NCBI GenBank assembly: GCA_963720545.1
Contig: OY970399.1
Location: 2,304,001 to 2,368,000 of the forward strand
DNA: 64,000 nt
Source: an uncultured Acidobacteriota bacterium
Lineage (GTDB): Bacteria; Acidobacteriota; Vicinamibacteria; Fen-336
Reading direction: 5' to 3'
How positions within the stretch are numbered: position 1 is the stretch's first letter; the number at the start of each line of letters is the position of its first letter. Both the position numbers and the translations under genes were made by a program. Below, one piece after another: positions 1 through 15,057 of this stretch. Under the pieces are notes generated by a model. The model did no database searches and was not told where the DNA came from. It saw only the letters and a program-made list of their open reading frames with translations.

Positions 1-1631
1 CGATGCGCGATGACGATGGCCGTGCGGCCGCGCAGCAAAGTGCGCAGCGCGTCCTGGATGAGCGCCTCGGTTTCGGTGTCCACCGATGCCGTCGCCTCGT
101 CGAGCACCAGCACGCGCGGATCGTGCGCGAGAGCGCGGGCGAAGGACAGCAGCTGCTTCTGGCCCACCGACAAGGTCGCGCCGCGCTCCTTGACCTCGGC
201 CGCGTAGCCGCCCGGCAGCGCCTCGATGAAACGGTGGGCGTGCACCGCGCGCGCCGCCGCCATCACCGTCTCGTCGCTGAGCGCCGAGCCGAGGCGGATG
301 TTGGAGGCGATGGTGCCGGCGAACAGGTGCACGTCCTGCAGCACCACCGCGAGCGACGCGCGCAGCTGGTCCGGGTCGAGCGTGCGCACGTCCACCGAGT
401 CGAGCGTGACCGAGCCCTTGTCGACGTCGTAGAAGCGCGACAGCAGGCTCGCGATGGTGGTCTTTCCCGAGCCCGTGGCACCGACGAGCGCGATGCTGCG
501 GCCCGCGGCGACCGTGAAGTCGATGTCCTCGAGCACCCACTTGCCCGGTTCGTAGGCGAACGACACGTTGTTGAAGGCGACCGCACCCGCGACTTCCGGC
601 AGGCGGCGCGCCGCGGCTGGTGCCGTGATCTGCGGTTGCGTGTCGAGCAGCACGAAAATCCGCTCGGACGAAGCCATCGCGGCCTGCAGGATGTTGAATT
701 TCTCGGACAGGTCGGAGATCGGCCGCCAGAAGCGCTCGGTGTACTGGATGAAGGCGACCACCGTGCCGATGGTGGCGACACCCAGCAGCACCTGGCCGCC
801 GCCGTATAGCAGGATGATGGCGATCGCGAGCGCCGCCAGCAGGTCGATCGCCGGGTAGAAGACGGCGTAATAGAAGATCGAGCGCATGTTGGCGTCGGCG
901 TGCGCGCGGTTCAGCTCGGAAAAAGCGGCCTCGTTGCGACTCTCGCGGGTGAACAGCTGGATCACCGACATGCCCGAGAGGTTTTCCTGGATGAAGGCGT
1001 TCATGCGCGCGACGAAGCGGCGCACCTCGCGGAACGAGTCGCGCGCGCCCTTGCGGAACCAGTTGGTGACGAGGAAGAAGAACGGCAGCACCGCGAAGGT
1101 GGCGAGCGCCAGGCGCAGGTTCATGAACGCCATCGCGCCCATGATGCCGAGGAGCTTGAAGACGTCGTGGAACACCGTGACGATGCCGGAGGTGACCAGC
1201 TCGTTGATGGCGTCGACGTCGCTCGTCACCCGCGTCATCAGCCGCCCGACCGGGTTGCGGTCGAAGTAGGCGATGTGCAGCTTCTGCAGGTGCGCGAAGA
1301 TGTCGCGGCGCAGGTCGCGGATGATGCGCTGGCCCATCATCTGCAGCACGTAGGTCTGCACGTAGCTGAGGCCAAAGGCCACCAGCAGGGCCGCGAGGTA
1401 GAGGCCGCCGAGGCGCCACAGGCCGTGCGCGTCGCCGCGCGCCATGTAGCGGTCGATGCCGATCTTGGTGAGGTACGGCCCCACCAGGTCGAGAAGCGAC
1501 AACAGCACGATGAGCACGAACGAGAACGCAACCGACGCCTGGTGCGGCGCCAGATAGCGCAGCAGGCGCCGCAGCAGGCGCCAGTCGTGGCTCTTGACCG
1601 CGGCCGGATCGTCGTCGGGGCCGGCGCTCAT
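1..1631 (-). CDS. ABC exporter TMD-NBD subunit (heterodimer partner, consensus catalytic Glu); truncated by window edge
   Basis: Hand-translated from ATG 1631, which overlaps the upstream stop: MSAGPDDD...[11 protein letters not shown]. Contains Walker [10 protein letters not shown], signature LSVGQKQ and Walker [12 protein letters not shown]. Absent from the ORF track because it runs off the window. Confidence 0.9.
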   Translation of the reverse strand, partial: MSAGPDDDPAAVKSHDWRLLRRLLRYLAPHQASVAFSFVLIVLLSLLDLVGPYLTKIGIDRYMARGDAHGLWRLGGLYLAALLVAFGLSYVQTYVLQMMGQRIIRDLRRDIFAHLQKLHIAYFDRNPVGRLMTRVTSDVDAINELVTSGIVTVFHDVFKLLGIMGAMAFMNLRLALATFAVLPFFFLVTNWFRKGARDSFREVRRFVARMNAFIQENLSGMSVIQLFTRESRNEAAFSELNRAHADANMRSIFYYAVFYPAIDLLAALAIAIILLYGGGQVLLGVATIGTVVAFIQYTERFWRPISDLSEKFNILQAAMASSERIFVLLDTQPQITAPAAARRLPEVAGAVAFNNVSFAYEPGKWVLEDIDFTVAAGRSIALVGATGSGKTTIASLLSRFYDVDKGSVTLDSVDVRTLDPDQLRASLAVVLQDVHLFAGTIASNIRLGSALSDETVMAAARAVHAHRFIEALPGGYAAEVKERGATLSVGQKQLLSFARALAHDPRVLVLDEATASVDTETEALIQDALRTLLRGRTAIVIAH

Positions 1632-3367
1632 GAGACCGTCGCCACTTCCGCCTCGAGCTGCTGGCGGCGGTTGAGCTCGGAATAGAAACCGCCGCGCGCC
1701 ACCAGTTCGTCGTGCGTGCCGCGCTCGACGATGCGGCCGGCATCGAGCACCACGATGAGGTCGGCAGCCTTCACGGTCGAGACGCGGTGCGAAACCAGGA
1801 AGGTGGTGCGCCCGGCGGTCACGCCGCGCAGGCCGGTGAGGATGTCCTCCTCGGTCTGGGTGTCGACCGCCGACAGCGCGTCGTCGAGGATCAGTATGCG
1901 CGGGTCGACCGCGAGCGCGCGCGCCAGCGTGGCGCGCTGCTTCTGTCCGCCCGAGAGCGTCAGCCCGCGCTCGCCGACCGCCGTCTCGTAGCCGGCGGGG
2001 AAGCCGGCCACGTCCTTGTCGAGCTGCGCTATCCGCGACGCCCACTCGACCCGCCCACCCGGGTCTTCAGCCAGGCCGAGCGCGAGGTTGGCGCGCAGCG
2101 TCTCGGAGAAGAGGAACGGCTCTTGTGGCACGAACGCGACCGTGCGCCGCAGCGCCGCGAGCGGCAGGTCGCGGATGTCGATGCCGTCGATCGCGACCGT
2201 TCCCGGCGGCGGCTCGTAGAGGCGCGGGATCAGGCTCACGAGCGTCGACTTGCCCGAGCCGGTGGCGCCGAGGATCGCAACCGTCTTGCCCGCGGACACC
2301 TCGAGGTCGACATCGTGCAGCACCACGCGGCCGTCGGCGTACGCGAACGTGAGGTTCCGGAAAGACACGGCGCCGGCAAGCGGGCCGGTGGCGAGCGGCG
2401 CATGGTCGCTGATGCCCGGCGGCGCGTCGAGGATCTCGAGGATGCGGCCCATCGAGGCATCGCCACGCTCGAACAGGTTGATGACCCAGCCGACCGCGAT
2501 CATCGGCCACTGCAGCATGGCGAGGTATGCGGAGAACGCCACGAAGTCGCCGAGCGTCAACTGCCCGGTGGCCACCATGCGCCCGCCGAGGATCAGCACC
2601 AGCACCGCGCCGAGGCCCATCAGGAACTGGATGCCGGGATAGAGCGCGCCGTAGAGCTTGATGAGGCTGCGGTTGCGCTCGACGTACTCGTCGTTGGCGG
2701 CGTCGAAGCGCCGCTGCTCGTAGTCCTCCTGCACGTAGGCGCGCACCACGCGCGCGCCCGAGAGGTTCTCCTGGACGCGCGTCGCGAGCGTCGCGAGCTG
2801 CTCCTGCACCCGCTCGAAGCGGTCGTGGATGCGGCGGCCGTAGCGGCGCACCAGGAACGAGACCAGAAGCAGCGGCACCAGCGCGGCCCCGCACAGGAGC
2901 GGCGAGAGGCGCGCCATCAGCGCCATCGCGCCGAGCGCGGTGGCGACGGTGTTGGCGGTGTACATGATGCCGGGCCCGAGCACCATGCGCACCGCCGACA
3001 GGTCGCTCGAGGCGCGGCTCATCAGGTCGCCGATGCGGTGCTCGTGGTAGTAGCTCGCGTCGAGCCGCGTGAAGTGCGCGAACAGGTCGTTTCTCAGCTC
3101 GAACTCGATGTCGCGGCTGAGACCAACGAGCGTCATGCGCATGAGGTAGCGGAACACGCCCTCGAGCACCACCAGGCCGATGATGGCCGCGGCGTAGAAG
3201 AGGAGCTTGTCGCGCGTCAGCAGGAGAGTCAGGTCGTCGATGGCGCGCCGCAGGATCCAGGGCGAGGCCACCGAGAACAAGGTGGTGACGACGAGGAAGA
3301 CGATGCCGCGCACCAGTGCCCCACGGTAGCGGCGCAGGTACGGAAGGAGGCGGCGCAGGGAACGCAT
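1628..3367 (-). CDS. ABC exporter TMD-NBD subunit (degenerate Walker B), heterodimeric multidrug/peptide type
   Basis: N-terminal TM domain; [29 protein letters not shown] (D replaces the catalytic E). Confidence 0.92.
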   Translation of the reverse strand: MRSLRRLLPYLRRYRGALVRGIVFLVVTTLFSVASPWILRRAIDDLTLLLTRDKLLFYAAAIIGLVVLEGVFRYLMRMTLVGLSRDIEFELRNDLFAHFTRLDASYYHEHRIGDLMSRASSDLSAVRMVLGPGIMYTANTVATALGAMALMARLSPLLCGAALVPLLLVSFLVRRYGRRIHDRFERVQEQLATLATRVQENLSGARVVRAYVQEDYEQRRFDAANDEYVERNRSLIKLYGALYPGIQFLMGLGAVLVLILGGRMVATGQLTLGDFVAFSAYLAMLQWPMIAVGWVINLFERGDASMGRILEILDAPPGISDHAPLATGPLAGAVSFRNLTFAYADGRVVLHDVDLEVSAGKTVAILGATGSGKSTLVSLIPRLYEPPPGTVAIDGIDIRDLPLAALRRTVAFVPQEPFLFSETLRANLALGLAEDPGGRVEWASRIAQLDKDVAGFPAGYETAVGERGLTLSGGQKQRATLARALAVDPRILILDDALSAVDTQTEEDILTGLRGVTAGRTTFLVSHRVSTVKAADLIVVLDAGRIVERGTHDELVARGGFYSELNRRQQLEAEVATVS

Positions 3368-3441
3368 GGCTGCTAGAGGAGGACGATTCTACGGGCGGGA
3401 GTGTTCAAGGCGGGTCCGCGGCGGGCGACGAGGCGGCTTGG

Positions 3442-4200
3442 CTAGCGTCGGCCTTCGAGCTGGCGGGCGGCGCGCAGCAGCCGCGGCAGCGACTTCTTCT
3501 CCCAGGCGAGCGCTTCCTCGTGGCGGGGATAGCGCGCCTCGGCCTCGCGGAACGCTCGCGTGTGATAGACCGTGCGGCCCGACTTGTCGGCGACGCCGCC
3601 CATCTTGTGGTGCAGCATCTCGTGGTACAGGACGCTCTCGACGAAGCACAGGGGCACGTCCTTCGAGTCGAGCACCGGATGGATGCGGATCAGCGCCAGC
3701 ACCGGGTCGTAGCTGCCGAAGGTCAGCCCGCGCCGGCGCGCGCGGCCGGTGCCGCGGCCCCAGGTCACCGGCACCTTGAGCGCCGCGCCGAAGAAGGCGG
3801 CGTTGAGGCGCGCGAACAGCTGCTGCAGGTCGTAGACGCGGCCCTGGGTGTTGAGCGGCGGCAGGCGCCGCTGGCTGCGGCGCACCAGGTGCAGGTTCTC
3901 GTTCATGAAGCGGCGCACTTCCGCCGCGGTGGCGCGCCCGCCGCGGCGCAGGCCGCGCGCGATCGCCGAGGTCACCGACAAGGGCGCGTGCAGGAACATG
4001 CGGTGCAGGCGCAGGCGGATGCCGTCGCTTCTACGCGTGAACGACAGCAGCACCGAGCGGTTGTCGGTGAGCGTCAGGCGCAGCGCGCGCCGCGACTCGC
4101 TCGCCAGCAGCGCCTCGAGCGCGCCCGCGTCGCGCGGCACGGCTGCGCCGCTCTCGAAGCGCAGCGGCAACTGGCGTTCGTCGGCGTTTCCCTTCGGCAT
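3442..4200 (-). CDS. SprT/M48-like zinc metallopeptidase-domain protein
   Basis: LN..FF, GSYD and VLYHEMLH (HExxH) followed by YHTRAFR, typical of SprT/WLM-like domains. Confidence 0.7.
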   Translation of the reverse strand: MPKGNADERQLPLRFESGAAVPRDAGALEALLASESRRALRLTLTDNRSVLLSFTRRSDGIRLRLHRMFLHAPLSVTSAIARGLRRGGRATAAEVRRFMNENLHLVRRSQRRLPPLNTQGRVYDLQQLFARLNAAFFGAALKVPVTWGRGTGRARRRGLTFGSYDPVLALIRIHPVLDSKDVPLCFVESVLYHEMLHHKMGGVADKSGRTVYHTRAFREAEARYPRHEEALAWEKKSLPRLLRAARQLEGRR

Positions 4201-4237
4201 CTGTCGAAGGCAAGCATGGACCCGCGCGAGGGTCGGG

Positions 4238-4873
4238 TCAAGAGGTGCGGGGGACGTAGTACTGGGTGCCGCGCGTCATCGCCTCGATCTGCTTGACGAG
4301 GTCGTCGAGGTCGCCGTCGCTGTTGACGAAATCGACCTCGGCGGTGTTCACCACCAGCAGCGGCGTGCGCGTGTAATGGAAGAAGTAATAGTTGTAGGCG
4401 CGCAGCAGCTCGGTCAGGTACTCCTCGGAAATGTCGCGCGCGCCGCGCGGCGCGCTGCCGGCGAGCCGCCGCATCAGCACCTCGACCGGTGCCTGCAGGT
4501 AGACGACGAGGTCGGGCCGCGGCAGGCTCTCGGCGAGCAGGCCATAGAGCTTGTCGAAGATCAGCAGCTCGCTGTCGTCGAGGTTGAGGTTCGCGAACAG
4601 CTTGCTCTTCTCGAAGGTGTAGTCGGCGAAGGTGGTGCTCGAGAACAGGCTGCGCTGGCGCAGCTCCTGCTGCTGGCGGTGGCGCGACAGGATGAAGAAC
4701 AGCTCGGCCTGGAAGGCGGCGCCGGCGGCGCCGTCGTAGAAGGCGGCGAGGAACGGGTTCGACTCCCATTCCTCGAGGATCGGCTGCGAGTCGCTGCGCT
4801 GCGCGAGGCGGCGGGTGAGCGAGGTCTTGCCGACCCCGATCGGACCTTCGATCGCGACGTACTGGAACCTCAA
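4238..4873 (-). CDS. Deoxynucleoside kinase
   Basis: IEGPIGVGKTSL P-loop, NPFL..FY, PDLVVYL. TTG start overlaps the folK stop. Confidence 0.9.
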   Translation of the reverse strand: MRFQYVAIEGPIGVGKTSLTRRLAQRSDSQPILEEWESNPFLAAFYDGAAGAAFQAELFFILSRHRQQQELRQRSLFSSTTFADYTFEKSKLFANLNLDDSELLIFDKLYGLLAESLPRPDLVVYLQAPVEVLMRRLAGSAPRGARDISEEYLTELLRAYNYYFFHYTRTPLLVVNTAEVDFVNSDGDLDDLVKQIEAMTRGTQYYVPRTS

Positions 4874-5391
4874 GCGCCCACCGCCGCCGGCCACGCCTCG
4901 CCGGCGCACACCTGCGACAGGTCGCGGCAGCCGGCGAGCAGTTCCGCGACGCTCTTGCCGAGGAGCGGATGCCGCCACCCTGGCGCCACCTGCGCGAGCG
5001 GCTGCAGGACGAAGCGCCGCTCGGCGAGCCGCGGGTGCGGAACGTGCAGCGACGGTTCGTCGATCACCGAGTCCCCATAGAAAAGGATGTCGATGTCGAT
5101 GCTGCGCGGGCCGTTCTTCGCACCGCGCTCGCGGCCGAGGCGCTTTTCGATGTCGAGGCAGGCGTCGAGCAGGGCGCGGCAGGTGCCGCGGTAGCGGCCG
5201 GTGAGTGCCGCGTTCAGGAAGAATCCCTGCGGCGGCCCGCCGACCGGTTCGGTCGCGTAGAGATCGCTGCGCTTCATGCCGGTGACGCCCGCGGCTTGCA
5301 GGCCCGCGACAGCCGCGATCAGGTTCTGGGCGCGATCGCCCAGATTGGAGCCAAGCGCCAGCGCGATGGGGGTGTCGGGGGAGTCGCTCAA
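4870..5391 (-). CDS. folK: 2-amino-4-hydroxy-6-hydroxymethyldihydropteridine diphosphokinase
   Basis: ALGSNLG, FLNAA, GPRSIDIDIL, PHPRLAERRFVL motifs. Start (TTG 5391) is approximate. Confidence 0.93.
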   Translation of the reverse strand: MSDSPDTPIALALGSNLGDRAQNLIAAVAGLQAAGVTGMKRSDLYATEPVGGPPQGFFLNAALTGRYRGTCRALLDACLDIEKRLGRERGAKNGPRSIDIDILFYGDSVIDEPSLHVPHPRLAERRFVLQPLAQVAPGWRHPLLGKSVAELLAGCRDLSQVCAGEAWPAAVGA

Positions 5392-5410
5392 GGCGTTTAG
5401 GTTAACCCGC

Positions 5411-5457
5411 TTGACCGCCTTTCCTGCCTCATTCGATAATGAATGGCTGTTCATTCA
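5411..5457 (+). promoter_or_regulatory. Sigma70-like promoter overlapped by a palindromic TetR/FadR operator
   Basis: TTGACC (5411) - 18 nt - GATAAT (5435). Inverted repeat TGAATG-N6-CATTCA at 5440-5457. Confidence 0.8.
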
Positions 5458-5475
5458 AGACCCTACGGAGGCCCG

Positions 5476-6111
5476 GTGGCCCGACCGCGTGACGACGGCA
5501 AGCGCGACAAGATCCTCGAGGCGGCGGTGCGTGTGTTCGCGCGCAAGGGCTACTTCAAGTCGCGGGTCAGCGACATCGCGCGCAAGGCTGGCGTCGCCGA
5601 CGGCACCATCTACCTGTACTTCCGCAACAAGGAAGACGTGCTGGTGTCGCTGTTCGACGACGTCATGGCCCGCCACCTCGCCGAGGCGCGGCGCGAGCTG
5701 GCCGCGCTGCCGGACGCGGCGGCGAAGCTGCGGCGCATCGCCTTGCACCACCTGCGCGTGTTCGGCGGCAACCGCGACCTCGCCATCGTCTTCCAGGTGG
5801 AGCTGCGCCAGTCCACCAAGTTCATGGAACGCTTCACCGCCTCCTGGCTGCAGGACTACTTCGCCGAGGTCGCGGCGGTGATCGAGGCAGGGCAGAAGGA
5901 CGGCAGCTTGCGCGCCGACCTGCCGCGCAAGCTCGTCACCAAGGCGTTCTTCGGCGCGCTCGACGAGATGGTGACGTCGTGGATCCTCTCGGGCAAAGAT
6001 TATGATCTGCCCCAGCTCGCCGAACCGATCGCGGACCTGTTCCTGACCGGGCTCCAGTCGCCGCGCAGGGCCGCGGCGCGCACGCCGCTTCGGGCCGTGG
6101 CGGGCGCTTAG
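5476..6111 (+). CDS. fadR: TetR-family fatty-acid degradation regulator (FadR/YsiA-like)
   Basis: HTH IARKAGVADGTIYLYFRNKE; FQVELRQS motif as in Bacillus FadR; GGAGG before GTG 5476; first gene of the fad operon. Confidence 0.8.
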   Translation: MARPRDDGKRDKILEAAVRVFARKGYFKSRVSDIARKAGVADGTIYLYFRNKEDVLVSLFDDVMARHLAEARRELAALPDAAAKLRRIALHHLRVFGGNRDLAIVFQVELRQSTKFMERFTASWLQDYFAEVAAVIEAGQKDGSLRADLPRKLVTKAFFGALDEMVTSWILSGKDYDLPQLAEPIADLFLTGLQSPRRAAARTPLRAVAGA

Positions 6112-6123
6112 AGGCAAGTGACC

Positions 6124-10238
<4,115 letters not shown>

Positions 10239-10260
10239 GACCAAGGAACCAGGCAAAGAC

Positions 10261-11400
<1,140 letters not shown>

Positions 11401-11413
11401 GGAAGGGTTAGCG

Positions 11414-13204
11414 ATGGCAACCGATACCAGGACCCCCGTGCTCGCCGCCCGCGGCGGCAGCTTCCTCATCGAGGAGCGCCTCCCCGAAGAGGTCTTCACA
11501 CCCGAAGACTTCACCGCGGAGCAGAAGATGATCGGCGAGACCGCCGAGGACTTCATGGAAACCGAGATGGCGCCCCGCATTCCGGAACTCCTGGCGCTGC
11601 GCTACGAAACGACGCGCGAGCTGTTCCGCAAGGCGGGCGAGCTGGGCCTGCTGGGCATCGAGGTCCCCGAGGCTTACGGCGGGCTCGGCCTCGACAAGGT
11701 GTCGGGTTGCCTGGTGTCCGAGAAGTCGGCGCGCGACGGCTCGTTCGCCGTCAGCTACATGGGGCACACCGGCATCGGCACGCTGCCGATCGTCTACTTC
11801 GGCACCCACGAGCAGAAGCAGAAGTACCTGCCGAAGCTCGCGAGCGGCGAATGGATCAGCTCGTACTCGCTGTCCGAGGCCTCGTCGGCGAGCGATGCGA
11901 TGAACGCGCGGGCCAAGGCGGTGCTGTCACCGGACGGCAACAGCTGGATCCTGAACGGCGAGAAGATGTGGCTCACCAACGCCGGCTTCGCCGACGTCTA
12001 CATCACCTTCGCCAAGGTGGACGGCGAGCACTTCACCGCGTTCATCATCGACAAGGGCTCGCCGGGCGTCAGCCTCGGCGCCGAGGAAAAGAAGACCGGC
12101 ATCAAGGGCAGCTCGACGCGGCCGCTGATCCTCGCGGACGCCGTGATCCCGAAGGAAAACCTGCTGGGCGAGATCGGCAAGGGCCACAAGATCGCGTTCA
12201 ACATCCTCAACATCGGGCGCTTCAAGCTCGGCGCCGGCGTCACCGGCGGCGCGAAGCTGGCGCTGCGCGGCGCCATCGAGTACGCCAAGGGCCGCACGGC
12301 GTTCTCGCACCCGGTCAGCGACTTCGGCCTGGTGCGGCACAAGCTCGCCGAAATGGCGATCCGCCTGTTCGTCTCCGAGTCGGTCGTCTACCGCACCGCG
12401 GGCATGATCGACAGCAACCTCGAGGGCGCCCTGCCCGACGATCCCCAGGACGCGCTGCGGCGCATCGAGGAGTACGACGTCGAGTGCTCGATGGTCAAGG
12501 TGTGGTGCTCGGAAATGCTCGACTACGTGGTGGACGAGACGGTGCAGGTCTTCGGCGGCGCCGGGTTCGTCGAGGACTATCCGGCGGAGCGCTACTGGCG
12601 CGACGCGCGCGTCAACCGCATCTTCGAGGGCACCAACGAGATCAACCGCCTGCTGGTGCCCGGCCGGCTGCTGCGCCGCGCGCTGAAAGGCGACCTGCCG
12701 ATTTTCGACAAGGCCACGGCGCTGGTCGCCGAATTCAACGCGGGGCCGGCGTTCGCCGAAATTGACGGCAGCTTCCTCGCCGCCGAGACGGCGATGCTCG
12801 CCGGCGCCAAGAAGGTGGCGCTCATGTGCCTCGGGCTCGCCGCGCAGAAGCACGGCGGCAAGCTCTCGGAAGAGCAGGAGATCCTTGGCCTGTTCGCCGA
12901 CCTTGCGATGCACGTCTACGCGCTCGAGAGCGCGCTGCTGCGGGTGCGCAAGATGGCGGTCGCGCGCGGCGAAGAGCAGGCCGCACTGCACCAGGCGGCG
13001 GTGCAGGTGTTCGCCCAGGATGCGCTCGACGCAGTCGAAACCACCGCGCGCCGCTTGCTCGCTGCGATCAGCGAAGGCGACATGCTGCGTACCTACCTCG
13101 GCGCGCTGCGCCGCTTCACGCGCCGCGAGGCGCTCGACACCGTCGCGTTGCGCAGGGTTGTGGCCCAGGCCGCAATCGAAAGGGGCCGCACTCCACTCGG
13201 CTAA
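11414..13204 (+). CDS. fadE: Acyl-CoA dehydrogenase (FadE/VLCAD-like)
   Basis: LNGEKMWLTN, FNILNIGR, RIFEGTNEINR. Confidence 0.92.
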   Translation: MATDTRTPVLAARGGSFLIEERLPEEVFTPEDFTAEQKMIGETAEDFMETEMAPRIPELLALRYETTRELFRKAGELGLLGIEVPEAYGGLGLDKVSGCLVSEKSARDGSFAVSYMGHTGIGTLPIVYFGTHEQKQKYLPKLASGEWISSYSLSEASSASDAMNARAKAVLSPDGNSWILNGEKMWLTNAGFADVYITFAKVDGEHFTAFIIDKGSPGVSLGAEEKKTGIKGSSTRPLILADAVIPKENLLGEIGKGHKIAFNILNIGRFKLGAGVTGGAKLALRGAIEYAKGRTAFSHPVSDFGLVRHKLAEMAIRLFVSESVVYRTAGMIDSNLEGALPDDPQDALRRIEEYDVECSMVKVWCSEMLDYVVDETVQVFGGAGFVEDYPAERYWRDARVNRIFEGTNEINRLLVPGRLLRRALKGDLPIFDKATALVAEFNAGPAFAEIDGSFLAAETAMLAGAKKVALMCLGLAAQKHGGKLSEEQEILGLFADLAMHVYALESALLRVRKMAVARGEEQAALHQAAVQVFAQDALDAVETTARRLLAAISEGDMLRTYLGALRRFTRREALDTVALRRVVAQAAIERGRTPLG

Positions 13205-13242
13205 CCGGTTCTGCGACAATCCCCCGGGCGGCTCCTGGGACT

Positions 13243-15057
13243 GTGGGTTGCAGCCGCCTGCAAAAGAGGGGTAGCCACACGTCCACCGACACCGTCCCTC
13301 GCGAACGACGGCGCCAGGAAGCCTCGGAAGCGTCGGTATTCGCGCTGTCGATCCTGGTGCTGCTGACGCTTTGCACGCCGTGGGCGCTCGGCGGGGTTTC
13401 GCCGCTCTCGGTGCGCCTCGTGACGCTCACGGCACTCGGCGCCGCGGCGCTGGCCCTCGTGCTTTCGGCGCGCACCGGCATGCTCGTGCCGGCAGTGCCG
13501 GCGTGGCCGTTCCTGGCGCTCGCGGTTTTCGGCCTGCTGCAGCTGCTGCCGCTCCCCCAGGGCCTGCTGCGAATCGTCGCTCCCGGACCGGCGGCGGTCT
13601 GGTTTCCCGCCGAGCCCGCGGCGGCCGCTGTCCTCGCCGGTAGTCGCGGCAGCATCTCGGTCTCGCCCGACGCGACTCTCGTCAGCGTGTGGCTGTTCGC
13701 CGCACTCCTGGCGCTTTCCTTCCTCGCGGGTCCGGCGGCGGCCGCGGTGCGCGGCGGTGCCGACATCGTCGCGTGGGCCGTCGCCTTTTCGGGAGCGGCG
13801 CTCTCCGTATACGCGATCGTGGCACGGGCGCTCTTCGGTCCGTTGCTCTACGGCCGCTTCGCGGTGCCCACGATCATGCCGTTCGGCCCGTACGTGAGCA
13901 AGAACCATTTCGCCGGCTACGTCGCGATGGCCGCGGTCCTGAGCCTTGGCCTGCTGTTCGACATCGCCGACAAGGAGCGCACCACCCGCTCGCCGCTTTC
14001 CTGGATCGACAGCCCGCGCGCCTATCGGGTGCTGCTGTGCGGCGCCGCGGTCGTGGTCATGGTTGCGGCGGTGCTCGTGTCCTTGTCGCGCGGCGGCGCG
14101 ATCAGCCTGGCCGCCGGCGTTGCTGTGTTCCTGGCGCTTCGGTCCTTCGGCGCCCGCCGACCGCTGCGCGTGCTGGTGGCGGTGGCGCTCGGCGCGAGCG
14201 CCCTCGTGGCGGTGCTGCCGCGCGACGTCCACCGCCGGCTCGCGACCCTCGGCGACACCACGGGTGCGCCGGGCGAAGCGGCATCGTTTCGGCTCGACAC
14301 CTGGCGCGACACGCTGCGGCTCTCGTCCACCAGCCCGATGGTGGGTTCGGGTCTGGGCGCCTTCGTCGACGCCCTGCCGCCGGCGAAGCGCTCGGGCGAG
14401 CGCTTTCGCATCGAGCACGCCGAGAACGACTATCTCGAGTGGCTCGCGGAGACGGGCGCCCTGGGCCTGCTGCTGCTCGGCTGCGCCGGATGGTTCCTGG
14501 CGGGCGCGACGCGCACCCGCCTGGCCGGCGGCGCGGCCACGCAGCGCACGCTGCTGCACGGCGCGCTCGGCGCCGTCGTCGTCTTCCTGGTGCACAGCGC
14601 CGTCGACTTCACCGCACGCGTACCGTCGAACGCGCTGCTGTTCGTGCTGCTGCTCGCGATCCTGTGCGGCACGTCGGCGCGCCGCGCCGGCAGGGCGCAG
14701 ACGCTCGCCATGGCGGCGGCGCTCGCGGCGGGCGCGCTCTGGCTGTGGCGCGCGCCGTCGCTGCCGGTGCCGACGCCGCGTGCCGACGCGCTCGCCGCCT
14801 CGGCCATCGGCGATCCGGTGGCGCGCGGCCTGCGGGTGGAGCGCGCCGAGACGGCGCTGGTTACGGCACTGCACCGCCGCCCTGCGGACGCCGAGGCGTG
14901 GTTTCTGCTCGGCTGGGTGCGCTACGCACAGGGCCGCAATGCCGAAGCGGCCGCGTTCGCGCGCCGCGCCCAGGAGCTCGACCCCTCGCGCACGGCGCTG
15001 CGCGAGCGCGCCGCGGCGCTGCTGCAGGCGGCAGGCGGGTCGGGGTCGGGACGTTGA
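13243..15057 (+). CDS. O-antigen ligase/Wzy_C family membrane protein with C-terminal TPR
   Basis: Many TM segments; NHFAGY, SLSRGG, GSGLG, HAENDYLEWLAETG; C-terminal AEAWFLLG..Y...A..LDP. Start uncertain. Confidence 0.82.
   Translation: MGCSRLQKRGSHTSTDTVPRERRRQEASEASVFALSILVLLTLCTPWALGGVSPLSVRLVTLTALGAAALALVLSARTGMLVPAVPAWPFLALAVFGLLQLLPLPQGLLRIVAPGPAAVWFPAEPAAAAVLAGSRGSISVSPDATLVSVWLFAALLALSFLAGPAAAAVRGGADIVAWAVAFSGAALSVYAIVARALFGPLLYGRFAVPTIMPFGPYVSKNHFAGYVAMAAVLSLGLLFDIADKERTTRSPLSWIDSPRAYRVLLCGAAVVVMVAAVLVSLSRGGAISLAAGVAVFLALRSFGARRPLRVLVAVALGASALVAVLPRDVHRRLATLGDTTGAPGEAASFRLDTWRDTLRLSSTSPMVGSGLGAFVDALPPAKRSGERFRIEHAENDYLEWLAETGALGLLLLGCAGWFLAGATRTRLAGGAATQRTLLHGALGAVVVFLVHSAVDFTARVPSNALLFVLLLAILCGTSARRAGRAQTLAMAAALAAGALWLWRAPSLPVPTPRADALAASAIGDPVARGLRVERAETALVTALHRRPADAEAWFLLGWVRYAQGRNAEAAAFARRAQELDPSRTALRERAAALLQAAGGSGSGR

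Noticed and set aside
1..3367. ABC pair as the RiPP exporter
   Set aside because: It lies ~36 kb away, has no C39 peptidase domain, and looks like a common housekeeping heterodimeric exporter.
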